64,000 bases of DNA from an uncultured virus (IMG/VR IMGVR_UViG_3300031787_000080) (IMGVR_UViG_3300031787_000080), one strand, 5' to 3'. Shown: positions 20,659-30,159, numbered from the stretch's first letter. Program-made: numbers and translations. The notes: generated from the sequence alone by a model not told the origin.

Positions 20659-20981
20659 CACTTGAGTGTCGGTATTTGACCGAAGAGCGGAAGGGAGGAT
20701 ATGTAAATTTCATAAACGACAATTGTTTTATTTTTGCCAAGTTGCCAATTAATGATACTGGGATTGACGCGATTGGTAAAATGATTGTCCTTGAGGGTGA
20801 TATCAGTAAGGTTGAAGAAGATCAACTTTTTGATTGGATCACAGGTGATATGGGAAGCCGAAAATATCACGAAGTGAAGTTTGTTGGGTCTTTTCAGCCA
20901 ATTATCGAAGTAAAATACGAACCTTTGGAATTAGATCGGGTAAAAGAATATTTAAGTCTTTTGGAGAAAATCAATGGATAA
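20649..20981 (+). CDS. Hypothetical protein, paralog family E
   Basis: M.VTLEC, GGY...I..N.F.F.K.P shared with 21057. Confidence 0.7.
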   Translation: MGVTLECRYLTEERKGGYVNFINDNCFIFAKLPINDTGIDAIGKMIVLEGDISKVEEDQLFDWITGDMGSRKYHEVKFVGSFQPIIEVKYEPLELDRVKEYLSLLEKING

Positions 20982-21056
20982 TCTTGAAGCCATGACAGAT
21001 TCACAAACGAATATTTGTGATCGGAATTCTTGTTTTCTAACTGGCAGGAGTTTAAC

Positions 21057-21431
21057 ATGAGTGTAACGCTTGAGTGCAGTTTTCTGGATTTTGGTTATCG
21101 TCACCCACTGCGATTCGGTGTGTTGATGCTTGGCGGATATGCAAAATACATCGAGGGCAATTATTTTGTTTTTGTCAAGGTTCCTCCGCACATTGGATGT
21201 GAATTTGTCGGGAAAATGATTAGTGAGTCGCATTTTCCTGATGATATAAGTAGCATGCGTGATGATGCTTTTCTTCGGTTGTTTAAGAACGATGCAGTTA
21301 AAGGTGAGTTTCGCGAAGTAAAGGTTACATCATCATCATGGCGTCATCAAACTATCGAAGTTGACGATGAGCCAATGCATCCCGATAAGCTAAAAAAATT
21401 CATAAAATTATTAAAGGAAAGAAATGGATAA
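21057..21431 (+). CDS. Hypothetical protein, paralog family E
   Basis: AGGAG SD; similar to 20649. Confidence 0.7.
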   Translation: MSVTLECSFLDFGYRHPLRFGVLMLGGYAKYIEGNYFVFVKVPPHIGCEFVGKMISESHFPDDISSMRDDAFLRLFKNDAVKGEFREVKVTSSSWRHQTIEVDDEPMHPDKLKKFIKLLKERNG

Positions 21432-21804
21432 GTACGAACATCTTGAAACCATGACCGCGGAAGAATTGCGCTTCAGAATCCACTATTTGGAATCTGAGGT
21501 TGAAATGTTCCGTAGGCTTGGAAGAGACTTGCTTGAGCAGCGATTAAACTATCGTAGCTTAGTCAAGCATGCTATAGAAACGGGCGAATTAGATGAACTG
21601 GAGCGGGCCTTGTATGAAACTCAGAGAGATGTTTCTGCTGACCCGCATGCTCATAAAGTGCTGCCAAATTCTCAATCGACTGTTTACACAGACGAAAAAG
21701 TCACAGTTCAATGGGACCCCGCTTGTTTCAATTACATCAAAGTGTATTTGCCCAGTGAGTTTTCAAAAAAGAAAGTTCATGTTCGTGTTCGCGCTGTAGA
21801 ATAA
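21424..21804 (+). CDS. Hypothetical protein
   Basis: Overlapping start in gene run. Confidence 0.65.
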   Translation: MDKYEHLETMTAEELRFRIHYLESEVEMFRRLGRDLLEQRLNYRSLVKHAIETGELDELERALYETQRDVSADPHAHKVLPNSQSTVYTDEKVTVQWDPACFNYIKVYLPSEFSKKKVHVRVRAVE

Positions 21805-21840
21805 TCCCCTATTTTTTCACTCTGAGTTGATATAAAAGAC

Positions 21841-22173
21841 ATGGAAGAACTTTTGTTTAAGCATTATGACTCTTTGCTCGGGGAAGAAAAGGCAAAGGAA
21901 GCTCGTGCTATGGGCAATACTGAAGAAGCTCGGGGCTGGCTGGCTTCCGCGATTATTCTTAATGTTGAGGCCACGGACATTCACGAAAGTGAGCATGGGG
22001 ACCCGAAGCGTCCCGAAAAGCTATTAAGTGCAGCCAAGTTACTGTATGATATAAAAGAATGGCGTCATGCAGAGCGACTTGCTGCTGAAGGCATTTCTTT
22101 GAATGCAGATAGGGACACGTTGGTATCGCTTCGCTCGTTGATGTTGGCGTGCCAAATTATGCTAGGGGATTAA
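21841..22173 (+). CDS. Hypothetical helical protein
   Basis: After promoter. Confidence 0.7.
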   Translation: MEELLFKHYDSLLGEEKAKEARAMGNTEEARGWLASAIILNVEATDIHESEHGDPKRPEKLLSAAKLLYDIKEWRHAERLAAEGISLNADRDTLVSLRSLMLACQIMLGD

Positions 22174-22177
22174 TCCA

Positions 22178-22519
22178 GTGGAAAAACAAAGAATAAAGCA
22201 CGATCTTGTTCAGATGGAGTGGGGCAATTATTATGGCAGAGAAGTCATCAAGAATGCTTTGAAAATTGTCAATGACCCCGATCAGGCTGCGAGGAAAGAG
22301 GCCTCATGTTGTGTTCGTTGTTATTATGTTACTCAAGTCGGCGGTGCAGCTATGACAACTTGGTATTGTGGCATTTGTGGAGCGAAGGACATGCATGGTA
22401 GCACCAATACACCTTGTTTGTGCAAGGCGTGTGCGAAAGATAATGGATTGTGTTTTCGCTGCGGAGCGGACATGGAATTAAAGAATCGGAGAAAACAAAA
22501 ATGGACGATAACGGACTGA
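22178..22519 (+). CDS. Cys-rich zinc-binding protein
   Basis: Four CxxC pairs. Confidence 0.7.
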   Translation: MEKQRIKHDLVQMEWGNYYGREVIKNALKIVNDPDQAARKEASCCVRCYYVTQVGGAAMTTWYCGICGAKDMHGSTNTPCLCKACAKDNGLCFRCGADMELKNRRKQKWTITD

Positions 22520-22764
22520 CATTAAAGTTTTTTACAGTCGGGCGGTTTTCCAAAGCTGCTTGGAATGAAATGGCAACTAAGTTTTTTGACCCTGGGGTTC
22601 AAACTACTATCCCGTCTTACACTCGCGCTGAGGCTTTGCGAACGAAAAAAAGAATGGCTAACAAGAAGATCAACATCATCAATGGTGATGGTGAAGTAGT
22701 TGAGTCTGTCAACTTATACGATCACGTTGTCGTCAGGAATGCCAAGGGTAAGATCGTAGGCTAA
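22501..22764 (+). CDS. Hypothetical protein
   Basis: ATG at 22501. Confidence 0.55.
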   Translation: MDDNGLTLKFFTVGRFSKAAWNEMATKFFDPGVQTTIPSYTRAEALRTKKRMANKKINIINGDGEVVESVNLYDHVVVRNAKGKIVG

Positions 22765-22813
22765 GCCACTAAAAAATCCCCTATAAAATCGTGGGGATTT
22801 TCCTATATAAATT

Positions 22814-23077
22814 ATGATTGTTCATCAGAGTTCTTATCGGGGGTGGGACATCGAGATTCGTGAAGTTGATGGTGGGTTTACTGCTGTTTTCTCGAACGAG
22901 TTTGTTGAGAGTTCTTTCCCCGAAGGTGTTCAAAGTGTCAGTATTGAAGACTGCGTTCGGAAGGCACAGCGTTGCATTGATGTGAACGACTATCACGAGC
23001 CTCAGTATCGTTCTGCTTCTTATCGCGACGTTGAGCCTCCTGATATTGATGATTGGTTGATAGGTAAAGAAAAATGA
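22814..23077 (+). CDS. Hypothetical protein
   Basis: After palindromic promoter. Confidence 0.7.
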   Translation: MIVHQSSYRGWDIEIREVDGGFTAVFSNEFVESSFPEGVQSVSIEDCVRKAQRCIDVNDYHEPQYRSASYRDVEPPDIDDWLIGKEK

Positions 23078-23496
23078 AATGGTTTCCTCGATTTGCATGG
23101 CTGAAGAAGAATGGATTCACTTACAGGCAGGTCGAGGAATTTTCTATTCCTTTGATTGATGATTGTGTGGCGAAATTGTGTGCAGCTACGGGCACTCCGA
23201 TTGTCATCAGTAGTGTTTTACTGGGCGGTAAGTTAAGTGTTCGTGGCCGCTTGATTCGTCAAGTTAGGGTTGATGCTCGCGAGATTGATGGCTTTGATCG
23301 AGATACTCTGCCTCAGAGCGCGATCAAGTATTTCGATCAGTACGTGAATAGTGCTTCACAATCGGAGTTGCGTTACTCTGGCGAGTTTAATTGGGCTTTA
23401 ATTGATTTGGATAATCGGACTGTTCAGCATATTCTTGGGCAATATGCTGAACATCTTCGCGTCCTTCATCCTGGTTGCGAGTTTATTGTAATTTAA
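23074..23496 (+). CDS. Hypothetical protein
   Basis: ELRYSGEFNWALI resembles C-terminus of 33284 ORF. Confidence 0.7.
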   Translation: MKWFPRFAWLKKNGFTYRQVEEFSIPLIDDCVAKLCAATGTPIVISSVLLGGKLSVRGRLIRQVRVDAREIDGFDRDTLPQSAIKYFDQYVNSASQSELRYSGEFNWALIDLDNRTVQHILGQYAEHLRVLHPGCEFIVI

Positions 23497-23857
23497 CCGC
23501 GAGTCCTTGTTCAACTTCTTTTACATATCTATCAAAGAAGTTGGCTGTGATTCTTTTCATAATCGCAGGAGTGATTTCTTGTCCATGTGCCACTGCGTTA
23601 TAAATCTCTGGCAATTCATTGAAATCCTTTTCATACATACTTGGCATAACCATATCTTCCGCTGTCGCTGATTGAATAATATTCACAATAATGATTGGGT
23701 TTCTTTCTATTTCGTCGATCAGAAAGCGATAAGCATGCTTTTTGATATGATATAGAACTTGAATATAGTCATCTTCCTGGATGTTGTCTGTGGAGAGGTC
23801 ACAAATGGTTCCCCCGATCAATTTAACCAAAACTTCGCTCATTTGCTGCATTTGCAT
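23483..23857 (-). CDS. Hypothetical protein
   Basis: Reverse-strand AAAAAATCCCC motif at ~23880-23896 upstream of MQMQQM start. Confidence 0.6.
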   Translation of the reverse strand: MQMQQMSEVLVKLIGGTICDLSTDNIQEDDYIQVLYHIKKHAYRFLIDEIERNPIIIVNIIQSATAEDMVMPSMYEKDFNELPEIYNAVAHGQEITPAIMKRITANFFDRYVKEVEQGLAVKLQ

Positions 23858-23929
23858 TATGTATTTGTTTGTGACAGGAAAAATAGGGGATTTTTTGGAA
23901 TACATAGTGGAGAGGACAGGAGAAGAACA

Positions 23930-24649
23930 ATGGCTCTTACAACTGCAAGTACATTTCAACCTATCGCTGAGGCCATTGGCGCAGCTGATCACAACATACA
24001 GAGCACTTTAGACTTGGGTTCTGCCAGCAGCGCGGCGTCTAAGATTACAGATGCTCGCGAAGCGATTGGGGCTGAATCCCTTTTGGCAGCCGTGGCTGAC
24101 TTTGACGACATGAACACTTATGAGACGTCGATGCGCACATTGGAAAAGGACTTGGTTACACGTGTTCAACCAGCCGTGGCTGCTGCGATCACAGCGACAC
24201 AAGTCTATTTCCTTGCGGAAACGGGCGCAAATTTTAGAGATTATTTTAATGCAACTACTAGTGGGAAAACATTTACATTTAACACGGACTTCAATCGATT
24301 CCGCACTGCCTGGCGCAGAGTAAGAAATGAAGAGTTAATCGTTCCCATTGGTAGTGTTACTCGATCTGCTGGTGTTTGGCCGACGTCCTTGACCACCGAG
24401 CAAACATTCTCTTTGCCCAGTTTGCTTGAAGTTCGTGCTGGTAGTTTGATCGGGGCTGCTGCGATCACTCTGAATTTGACTTGTGTGCGTGCTGATGGGA
24501 CAAATGATCTGATCGTTTTGAGCATCCCTGCCGCTACGCCCGATGGAACTCGCTTTTCTATTGGTGGGACGCAGAAATACACGAGTGTTACAACGGTCAC
24601 TGCAACTGGTGGCACGAACGCTGATGTGCTCGAAGTCTGGATTCGTTAA
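23930..24649 (+). CDS. Ala/Thr-rich protein, possibly virion structural
   Basis: AGGAG SD, MALTT start, beta-rich C-terminus; lacks the common promoter. Confidence 0.7.
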   Translation: MALTTASTFQPIAEAIGAADHNIQSTLDLGSASSAASKITDAREAIGAESLLAAVADFDDMNTYETSMRTLEKDLVTRVQPAVAAAITATQVYFLAETGANFRDYFNATTSGKTFTFNTDFNRFRTAWRRVRNEELIVPIGSVTRSAGVWPTSLTTEQTFSLPSLLEVRAGSLIGAAAITLNLTCVRADGTNDLIVLSIPAATPDGTRFSIGGTQKYTSVTTVTATGGTNADVLEVWIR

Positions 24650-24745
24650 TTTTCTTGATCATGAGTCGATAGCAGAAGGGCGGAGATTTTCTCCGTCCTT
24701 TTTAATTTTCCCCTATTTTTCTAGGCTTTATTTGATATATAAAAC

Positions 24746-25021
24746 ATGAACGAAGTTTCAGAAAATCAAATTATCGTAGATTGTTATGTTTATGAACAGG
24801 ACCCTAATATGTGGTGTGTTCAGGGGCATCTGGTGACTGGAGGATTGTCTATGATGTTTACGGATGGTCTTGTAGACTGCACTGAGCATTTTGACGTGTA
24901 TGTTGACCATTTGCGCACAATGGCCGAAAGCCTTGGAATCCCTTTTGTTCTTGAAAAAGATGCCGTAGAGATTCGGCAAGAACTGGAAGAAGAAGAAATG
25001 GGAGAAGAAAATCATGATTAA
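24746..25021 (+). CDS. Hypothetical protein
   Basis: After promoter variant. Confidence 0.65.
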   Translation: MNEVSENQIIVDCYVYEQDPNMWCVQGHLVTGGLSMMFTDGLVDCTEHFDVYVDHLRTMAESLGIPFVLEKDAVEIRQELEEEEMGEENHD

Positions 25022-25211
25022 GGTCGGGCAAGTTGTTTACAACCGTGACAAATCTGAGGTTGGTGTTACCACTGGTTCTGGTCGTCGTTGTCAATCAAGT
25101 GGATGTTCTGGGTTTTGGATTATGGTTCGGTGGGATGATGGGAAAGTCACATGGCCTTGTCTAAAAGGAATGAAATTTGACCCTGATGCGAACTCTTGGC
25201 AAATTCTGTAA
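25014..25211 (+). CDS. Small hypothetical protein
   Basis: Overlapping start. Confidence 0.6.
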   Translation: MIKVGQVVYNRDKSEVGVTTGSGRRCQSSGCSGFWIMVRWDDGKVTWPCLKGMKFDPDANSWQIL

Positions 25212-25252
25212 AAAATCCCCTTTCTTCTTGATTGTGATCGGATATATAAAGT

Positions 25253-25408
25253 ATGCGATTTAAGATTATTGATTTCAAGCCGTACTTCATTTTCGATGAT
25301 GAAGATGAAGCCTATGGTTTTTACAATCGGATTCCCCGTTCTTTGCGGCGATTCTTCTTCTTTCAGTGTGTGGGCGGATATTACAACGCGGTGACGCTTC
25401 GCTACTAA
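25253..25408 (+). CDS. Small hypothetical protein (51 aa, below ORF-track cutoff)
   Basis: ATG directly after promoter, MRFKIIDFKPYF... Confidence 0.55.
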   Translation: MRFKIIDFKPYFIFDDEDEAYGFYNRIPRSLRRFFFFQCVGGYYNAVTLRY

Positions 25409-25414
25409 GAAAAT

Positions 25415-26026
25415 ATGACTTACATTGTTAAGCCTTTGTGGGAAATCATGGTCCCCTATGTTATGGGCGATCATGATGGAACAAATCCTGATTTACCGAA
25501 AAGAAATCGCAACATTCCCGTTCCCTATCATCAAGAATGGGATGAGTTTGTTCGCAATGTGACAGGCGGCTTAACGATTCATCGCGCTGCTCGTGGTCAG
25601 TGGGAAGATCGTGACGGAAAACTTTACAAGGAAATTATGATTCCTGTGCGGATTGCTTGCACACAAGAGCAGATCGCGGAAATCGCGGAATTTACAATTC
25701 AGCATTACAAGCAGAAGGCAGTTTTCGTTACCCTTGTTAGCGAAAAGACTCTGATCTTTTATGCCGATGGTGAAGCTCCTGAGCCAGACCCCAACACTAT
25801 CGTTGCCGTGGCGTTTTACTGGGATGACTTGGAAGATATTGGTGGTTGGTGCTCCGATCTCAGTAAGGAAAGCCTCGATTATGAACGCAAAGAGTCCCCT
25901 GGCTTACGCTTCAAGCCCATCTATGCCAGCGATAAAGGACGATGGGAAAACGACATGGAAGATTGGACGTCAGATTGGATAAATGAGCTTTGCTCTCGTC
26001 CTTTTGTATTTGATAAAAATGATTAA
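25415..26026 (+). CDS. Hypothetical phage protein
   Basis: LWEIMVP, H.EWD..VR...GGLTI, G.W, E.MIPVRIAC, HY.Q.AV. Confidence 0.75.
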   Translation: MTYIVKPLWEIMVPYVMGDHDGTNPDLPKRNRNIPVPYHQEWDEFVRNVTGGLTIHRAARGQWEDRDGKLYKEIMIPVRIACTQEQIAEIAEFTIQHYKQKAVFVTLVSEKTLIFYADGEAPEPDPNTIVAVAFYWDDLEDIGGWCSDLSKESLDYERKESPGLRFKPIYASDKGRWENDMEDWTSDWINELCSRPFVFDKND

Positions 26027-26501
26027 GCCTCAGAAACCAAGTGCCCGATTAGGATGGATAGCGCCGAATGGTGATTGGTATCCATGCGCTTATACTGCTC
26101 ATCGACATTTAGCCTCGATCATTGGGCAGAATCTATTCCCAGACACATACTTTCATGACGAACTTCTTTTAGAGCAAAATGGATGGGTTTCTGTTCGATC
26201 TGGTGGCATGATTAGTAATGGCAAAATGATCACGCCCGATCAGATGAATACATTAAGGCTAATCGTGGAAGAATTTGAATACATGGAAAGTGAAAATCCT
26301 AATATAAGTTGGGATGAAGAACTCTGTCGTAATCCAGAACTATATTTTCGCGTCCGCTGTTTCACTATGCCAACAGAAGGCATGAAGGCCAGCTTTGCCA
26401 AAACACTACGATCACGATTTGATTACTTATCGGGGAATGATCATTCCTTGGTTGAAGAATCAAGATTGTCACGAAGAAATAACGTTCATCCAGGGGATTA
26501 A
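26019..26501 (+). CDS. Hypothetical protein (GWIAPNG motif)
   Basis: ORF in gene run. Confidence 0.65.
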   Translation: MIKPQKPSARLGWIAPNGDWYPCAYTAHRHLASIIGQNLFPDTYFHDELLLEQNGWVSVRSGGMISNGKMITPDQMNTLRLIVEEFEYMESENPNISWDEELCRNPELYFRVRCFTMPTEGMKASFAKTLRSRFDYLSGNDHSLVEESRLSRRNNVHPGD

Positions 26502-26542
26502 AATATCCCCTTTCTTTTTGATTGTGATCGGATATATAAACC

Positions 26543-26902
26543 ATGGACTACAAGATCGAATTAAATGAATATTCTGGAATGCTTGTGGGGAATAGATGGT
26601 ACGAGATTGACATCTTCTATTTAAGCGGCGGATGTTTCGTAGTTGCCATTAACTTTTTGGGATTTTATTCAAAAGGAACAAAATTGTCTCAGCACGGCAA
26701 AAAAGAAGTTGTTAAGAAGGCTTGTGGCTCGGTCAATGATGTGAAAGATTTTGTTTTGGCACATTTTGAAATGGAACAATCCACACATGGTGGTGATGTT
26801 GAATTCACTGGGGCGATGATTGATAATGAAGTCCTGACCAAAAGCAAAATCCTTGGTTTTTCGCGGCGCGAAATTGTTATCCCTTCTGCGAGCTGCTGTT
26901 AA
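26543..26902 (+). CDS. Hypothetical protein
   Basis: After promoter. Confidence 0.65.
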   Translation: MDYKIELNEYSGMLVGNRWYEIDIFYLSGGCFVVAINFLGFYSKGTKLSQHGKKEVVKKACGSVNDVKDFVLAHFEMEQSTHGGDVEFTGAMIDNEVLTKSKILGFSRREIVIPSASCC

Positions 26903-27825
26903 CTTTTTTGATTATCATCATTAGGGTTGGGATCGGGGAAGTTTTCTTGATCTTGAACAAAGTCTCTCAAATCTTCGGTTCGATTAAACCATCCTGGGTT
27001 TGCTTTGGCATGAGGTCTCGTCTTCAAATAGGCCTCTCGAAGATTCGTGATTTTAATTGCCAGCTCTTGGTCTTTTTCAGGTGTACTTGCGTATTCCCAC
27101 GTAAGTTTCATCGTTGCAGGCCCAAGAACGCCTGTTTGTGGAGCCCCGACAATTCTTTGAAGCAGCCTTATAGCCCTTGTTGTTCCCCCATGATATCCCC
27201 AGTCGGCGAGGGCCACAGCAGTTCTTTCAGGAAGTTCATTTCCTCGAATGGGGTTCCAATACATCTTTTCCATAATTTTATGGGCTTCATTCGGGGTCAT
27301 TTTTCTCACGCTTTGTCTTGGTAAATCCATCGAATCTCGCCATTGATTGTATGTGTTTTGTGTGACGCCCATGTTTGTGGCCCCGCCTGGGTCAGCGGAT
27401 TTCTTTCTGTGGACAAATCCGCCTTCTGCTGGCAGCGTGAATTGTTTGAATTTTTTCAGATCGCCACGATTTGGTTTAACTTGTTTTGCTGGAGCTGGTT
27501 TAGTTGCTTGTTGTGGTGCAATAGGCTTGGATGTCTCTTTTCTGATCGGTTCTGGTGCTTTGGCTGCTGGCTGAACAAATTCTGTCGTGATCTTAACTGG
27601 TTCTCGATTTGAATCATAAGCGGGCGTCATTAATGCTTGGCCTGCAAGCATTGCTGGCACGCCGTACATCAGCGCTTTTGCAAATGGGTTTGTTCGTTTT
27701 TTTCTTGATTGAGCAAGTTTAACTGCGATGTCGTCAAGATAGTCAGCCTCTGTATAATGCCCGATATTATCAAGATGGCTGGCTATTCTATTCAGCTCTC
27801 CGATCATAGCAGTAACGTCTCTCAT
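26899..27825 (-). CDS. Glycoside hydrolase family 108 lysozyme with peptidoglycan-binding tail
   Basis: EGGF...DPGGATNMGVT, YW, D...HGG...AIR.LQ, G..GP.T, GWFNR. Confidence 0.85.
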   Translation of the reverse strand: MRDVTAMIGELNRIASHLDNIGHYTEADYLDDIAVKLAQSRKKRTNPFAKALMYGVPAMLAGQALMTPAYDSNREPVKITTEFVQPAAKAPEPIRKETSKPIAPQQATKPAPAKQVKPNRGDLKKFKQFTLPAEGGFVHRKKSADPGGATNMGVTQNTYNQWRDSMDLPRQSVRKMTPNEAHKIMEKMYWNPIRGNELPERTAVALADWGYHGGTTRAIRLLQRIVGAPQTGVLGPATMKLTWEYASTPEKDQELAIKITNLREAYLKTRPHAKANPGWFNRTEDLRDFVQDQENFPDPNPNDDNQKS

Positions 27826-27937
27826 ATTGGGCAATCTCCAGAACTTATATTTGGCGAAAATTCTGGCTCTCACCTTTGAGGCTAGACGACATTTGAAAAA
27901 TCCCTTATTTTCGAGGTTCTGATCGGATATATGAGCT

Positions 27938-28111
27938 ATGGACATTTTGCGTTCGCCTATGACTCTCAAACAAATCATTTCCATGTCTGAGAATGATGAA
28001 AATGGCTACGTTCATGGAATTGTGCCCTTTTCGCTTGATGAAATCATGAACAACGATTTCGAGGGTATGATGGATTTGTTTTCGGAAAGACTCACTGCCA
28101 CTGATCTTTAA
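27938..28111 (+). CDS. Small hypothetical protein (57 aa), possibly 5' part of a split gene
   Basis: ATG after promoter; TAA overlaps next ATG. Confidence 0.5.
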   Translation: MDILRSPMTLKQIISMSENDENGYVHGIVPFSLDEIMNNDFEGMMDLFSERLTATDL

Positions 28112-28386
28112 TGGATATTCATTACGAGGCTGTTGGCTTTGCTAATGGAATGATCTTGATTAAAGTTACTGGCGACCCTGAAACGATCATTGAGGGTGAA
28201 TTTGGTCTAAAGGATGAGTTTCCCTACAATCTTCAACCTGGCGACGAGGTTACTTGGAACGACCCCGATGATGGCCTTTGCAGTGTCACAGGTATTATTT
28301 CTGAGATTGAGTGGAATGGCGACTCTGCAACAATCATGTTTACCTCTGGTCAAGAGATTGAAGTATTGGCAGGAGAGCTTTCGTGA
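28111..28386 (+). CDS. Hypothetical protein
   Basis: TAATG coupling. Confidence 0.6.
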   Translation: MDIHYEAVGFANGMILIKVTGDPETIIEGEFGLKDEFPYNLQPGDEVTWNDPDDGLCSVTGIISEIEWNGDSATIMFTSGQEIEVLAGELS

Positions 28387-28913
28387 AGATTACTAAGTTT
28401 GCAGACATTCCTCAATACACCCGAGGGGCAAATTACGCAGTTAATGTTCCCTGGAGCCACTTGGAACGTGCGCTTGAAGCTTACAATGAGGGATGCACTA
28501 ATCTTTATCTGGACCCTGATTTCCAACGCGGTCATGTCTGGTCACTTGATAAGAAGATTGCTTATGTTACATACATTCTTCGCGGTGGTCAAGGCAGTCG
28601 TGAAATTAAGTTCAATCATCCTAATTGGTCAAATAGTGTCAAAGGAGATATGGTTCTTGTTGACGGTAAACAAAGACTTGAGGCTGTTCGTGGATTTCTT
28701 AGAGATGAATTCCCAATTTATGGTAGCTTGTTCAGTGAATTTACTGATGAATTGCGAATCATGCGATGCGATTTTGTTTTCCAAGTGAATGATTTGAAAA
28801 CCAGAGAGGAAGTTTTACAATGGTATCTTGACTTGAATAGCGGTGGTGTTGTTCACACCGAAGAAGAGCTTAATCGAGTCAGAGAAATGCTTGAAAAGGA
28901 AAAGGGGAATTAA
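28383..28913 (+). CDS. DUF262 (ParB/Srx-like) domain protein
   Basis: PDFQRGHVWS, VDGKQRL, LN.GG..H. Confidence 0.85.
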   Translation: MKITKFADIPQYTRGANYAVNVPWSHLERALEAYNEGCTNLYLDPDFQRGHVWSLDKKIAYVTYILRGGQGSREIKFNHPNWSNSVKGDMVLVDGKQRLEAVRGFLRDEFPIYGSLFSEFTDELRIMRCDFVFQVNDLKTREEVLQWYLDLNSGGVVHTEEELNRVREMLEKEKGN

Positions 28914-28953
28914 AAAATCCCCTTTTTCAGAATAATGATCGGATATAAGAAGC

Positions 28954-29301
28954 ATGAGTGAAGATTTTTTGAACGGTTTTGCTATCGGTGCTGTTGCGAT
29001 TATAGTTATTTGGGTTTGCTCGGCAATTAAGGCGAGTATTCCAAAACCTACAAACATGGGGTGGCTCGATGGATCGGGTGATTGGATTGAGGTGGTTCGT
29101 ATCGGTCACTCAGGAGTGACTGTGCGACATTGTGGGTATAATTCACGTAATTCACACTGGACATTTAGGCGCTGTGCAGAAGATGCTGGCTGGCCTCTTT
29201 CCAAGATGCTTGATTACCTGGGCCTTCCCGATGAAAAGACACTCAAGGAAGCTGACATGACCATGGGTGAATGGCTTTCACAAAAAAATAAAAATTCTTG
29301 A
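28954..29301 (+). CDS. Membrane-anchored hypothetical protein, paralog family F
   Basis: N-terminal TM; CA.DAGW...KM...LGLPDE..LKE..MT.GEWL shared with 29803. Confidence 0.75.
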   Translation: MSEDFLNGFAIGAVAIIVIWVCSAIKASIPKPTNMGWLDGSGDWIEVVRIGHSGVTVRHCGYNSRNSHWTFRRCAEDAGWPLSKMLDYLGLPDEKTLKEADMTMGEWLSQKNKNS

Positions 29302-29369
29302 AACTTTTCAAAGGTGATCGCCGTATAACAAAAGAACATACACAAAGCAAAAGCTTTAAGGACACAATT

Positions 29370-29438
29370 ATGACTCGCCGATATCTTTCACTGCTAGGAC
29401 TCTTATCGCTTTCTCTTGAGAAAGCGGCGATTAGCTGA
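29370..29438 (+). CDS. Leu-rich leader peptide MTRRYLSLLGLLSLSLEKAAIS (putative attenuator)
   Basis: TAAGGA SD; 7 Leu codons; followed by terminator then tRNA-Leu genes. Confidence 0.8.
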   Translation: MTRRYLSLLGLLSLSLEKAAIS

Positions 29439-29459
29439 TAGATTTTGCGATCAGTGTTT

Positions 29460-29500
29460 AATCCCCGATTTCTCTCAAGGAGTCGGGGATTTTTGTTTTT
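29460..29500 (+). terminator. Intrinsic terminator (attenuator) upstream of tRNA-Leu pair
   Basis: AATCCCCGATTTC/GGAGTCGGGGATT stem plus TTTGTTTTT. Confidence 0.85.
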
Positions 29501-29511
29501 GCGTTTCACAT

Positions 29512-29596
29512 ACCGCTCTGGAGTAGCCAAACTTGCTACAGGCAACAGTCTTAGAAACTGTCTCTTTTCTGGGTTGGAATCCCAGGGGCGGTACCA
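29512..29596 (+). tRNA. tRNA-Leu(TAG), atypical
   Basis: ACCGCTC/GGGCGGT acceptor, ACAGT-CT TAG AA-ACTGT, CCA; enlarged D region, short variable loop. Confidence 0.75.
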
Positions 29597-29647
29597 ATAT
29601 TGACAATAGAATAGAGGAAAGAGAAAATAGATTTTCGAGTGATAAAT

Positions 29648-29734
29648 GCGGACGTGGCGGAATTGGTTTACGCGCTACTTTGAGATGGTAGTCCCCGATT
29701 GGGGGTGTGGGTTCGAGTCCCACCGTCCGCACCA
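29648..29734 (+). tRNA. tRNA-Leu(GAG)
   Basis: Full cloverleaf, long variable arm, CCA. Confidence 0.95.
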
Positions 29735-29802
29735 AAAATCCCTCAAATTTTCGAGCCGCGATTGTATATATGAATTATGAATGATTTTCATGGGAGTGCT
29801 CT

Positions 29803-30159
29803 TTGTCTAGTTGGCTGATCGGGTTGATTATCACGTTCTTTGTGATTTATTTTTTCTTCGGGAGTCAAAACCTTGATGATGAAGAAGAAGATTTAGAGTA
29901 CTTACATTCTTGGAAAGATGGAAATGGCTTTACGACTAAAGTAATCCAAATCGGTCACGATAAGATCGTTGTAGAAAATTTTAGCAGAAAGCGCGGGCGA
30001 AAAGTTCGGGTGTGGACTGTTGAAGAATGCGCCAAAGACGCAGGATGGTCAGTTGAAAAGATGAGAGATCATCTTGGCCTTCCCGATGAAAGCGCTTTAA
30101 AAGAAGTTGAAATGACTCTTGGCGAGTGGCTTCACGAAAAGAATCAACATCAAAGATAG
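29803..30159 (+). CDS. Membrane-anchored hypothetical protein, paralog family F
   Basis: Similar to 28954. Confidence 0.75.
   Translation: MSSWLIGLIITFFVIYFFFGSQNLDDEEEDLEYLHSWKDGNGFTTKVIQIGHDKIVVENFSRKRGRKVRVWTVEECAKDAGWSVEKMRDHLGLPDESALKEVEMTLGEWLHEKNQHQR

Noticed and set aside
27826..27984. N-terminal extension of the lysozyme ORF given in the ORF track
   Set aside because: It runs through an opposite-strand promoter and gene start; ATG at 27825 is more plausible.
29512..29596. Amber suppressor or stop-codon recoding
   Set aside because: Anticodon TAG reads CTA (Leu). No CTA, TTA or TCA anticodon was found, and genes end normally at TAA, TAG and TGA.
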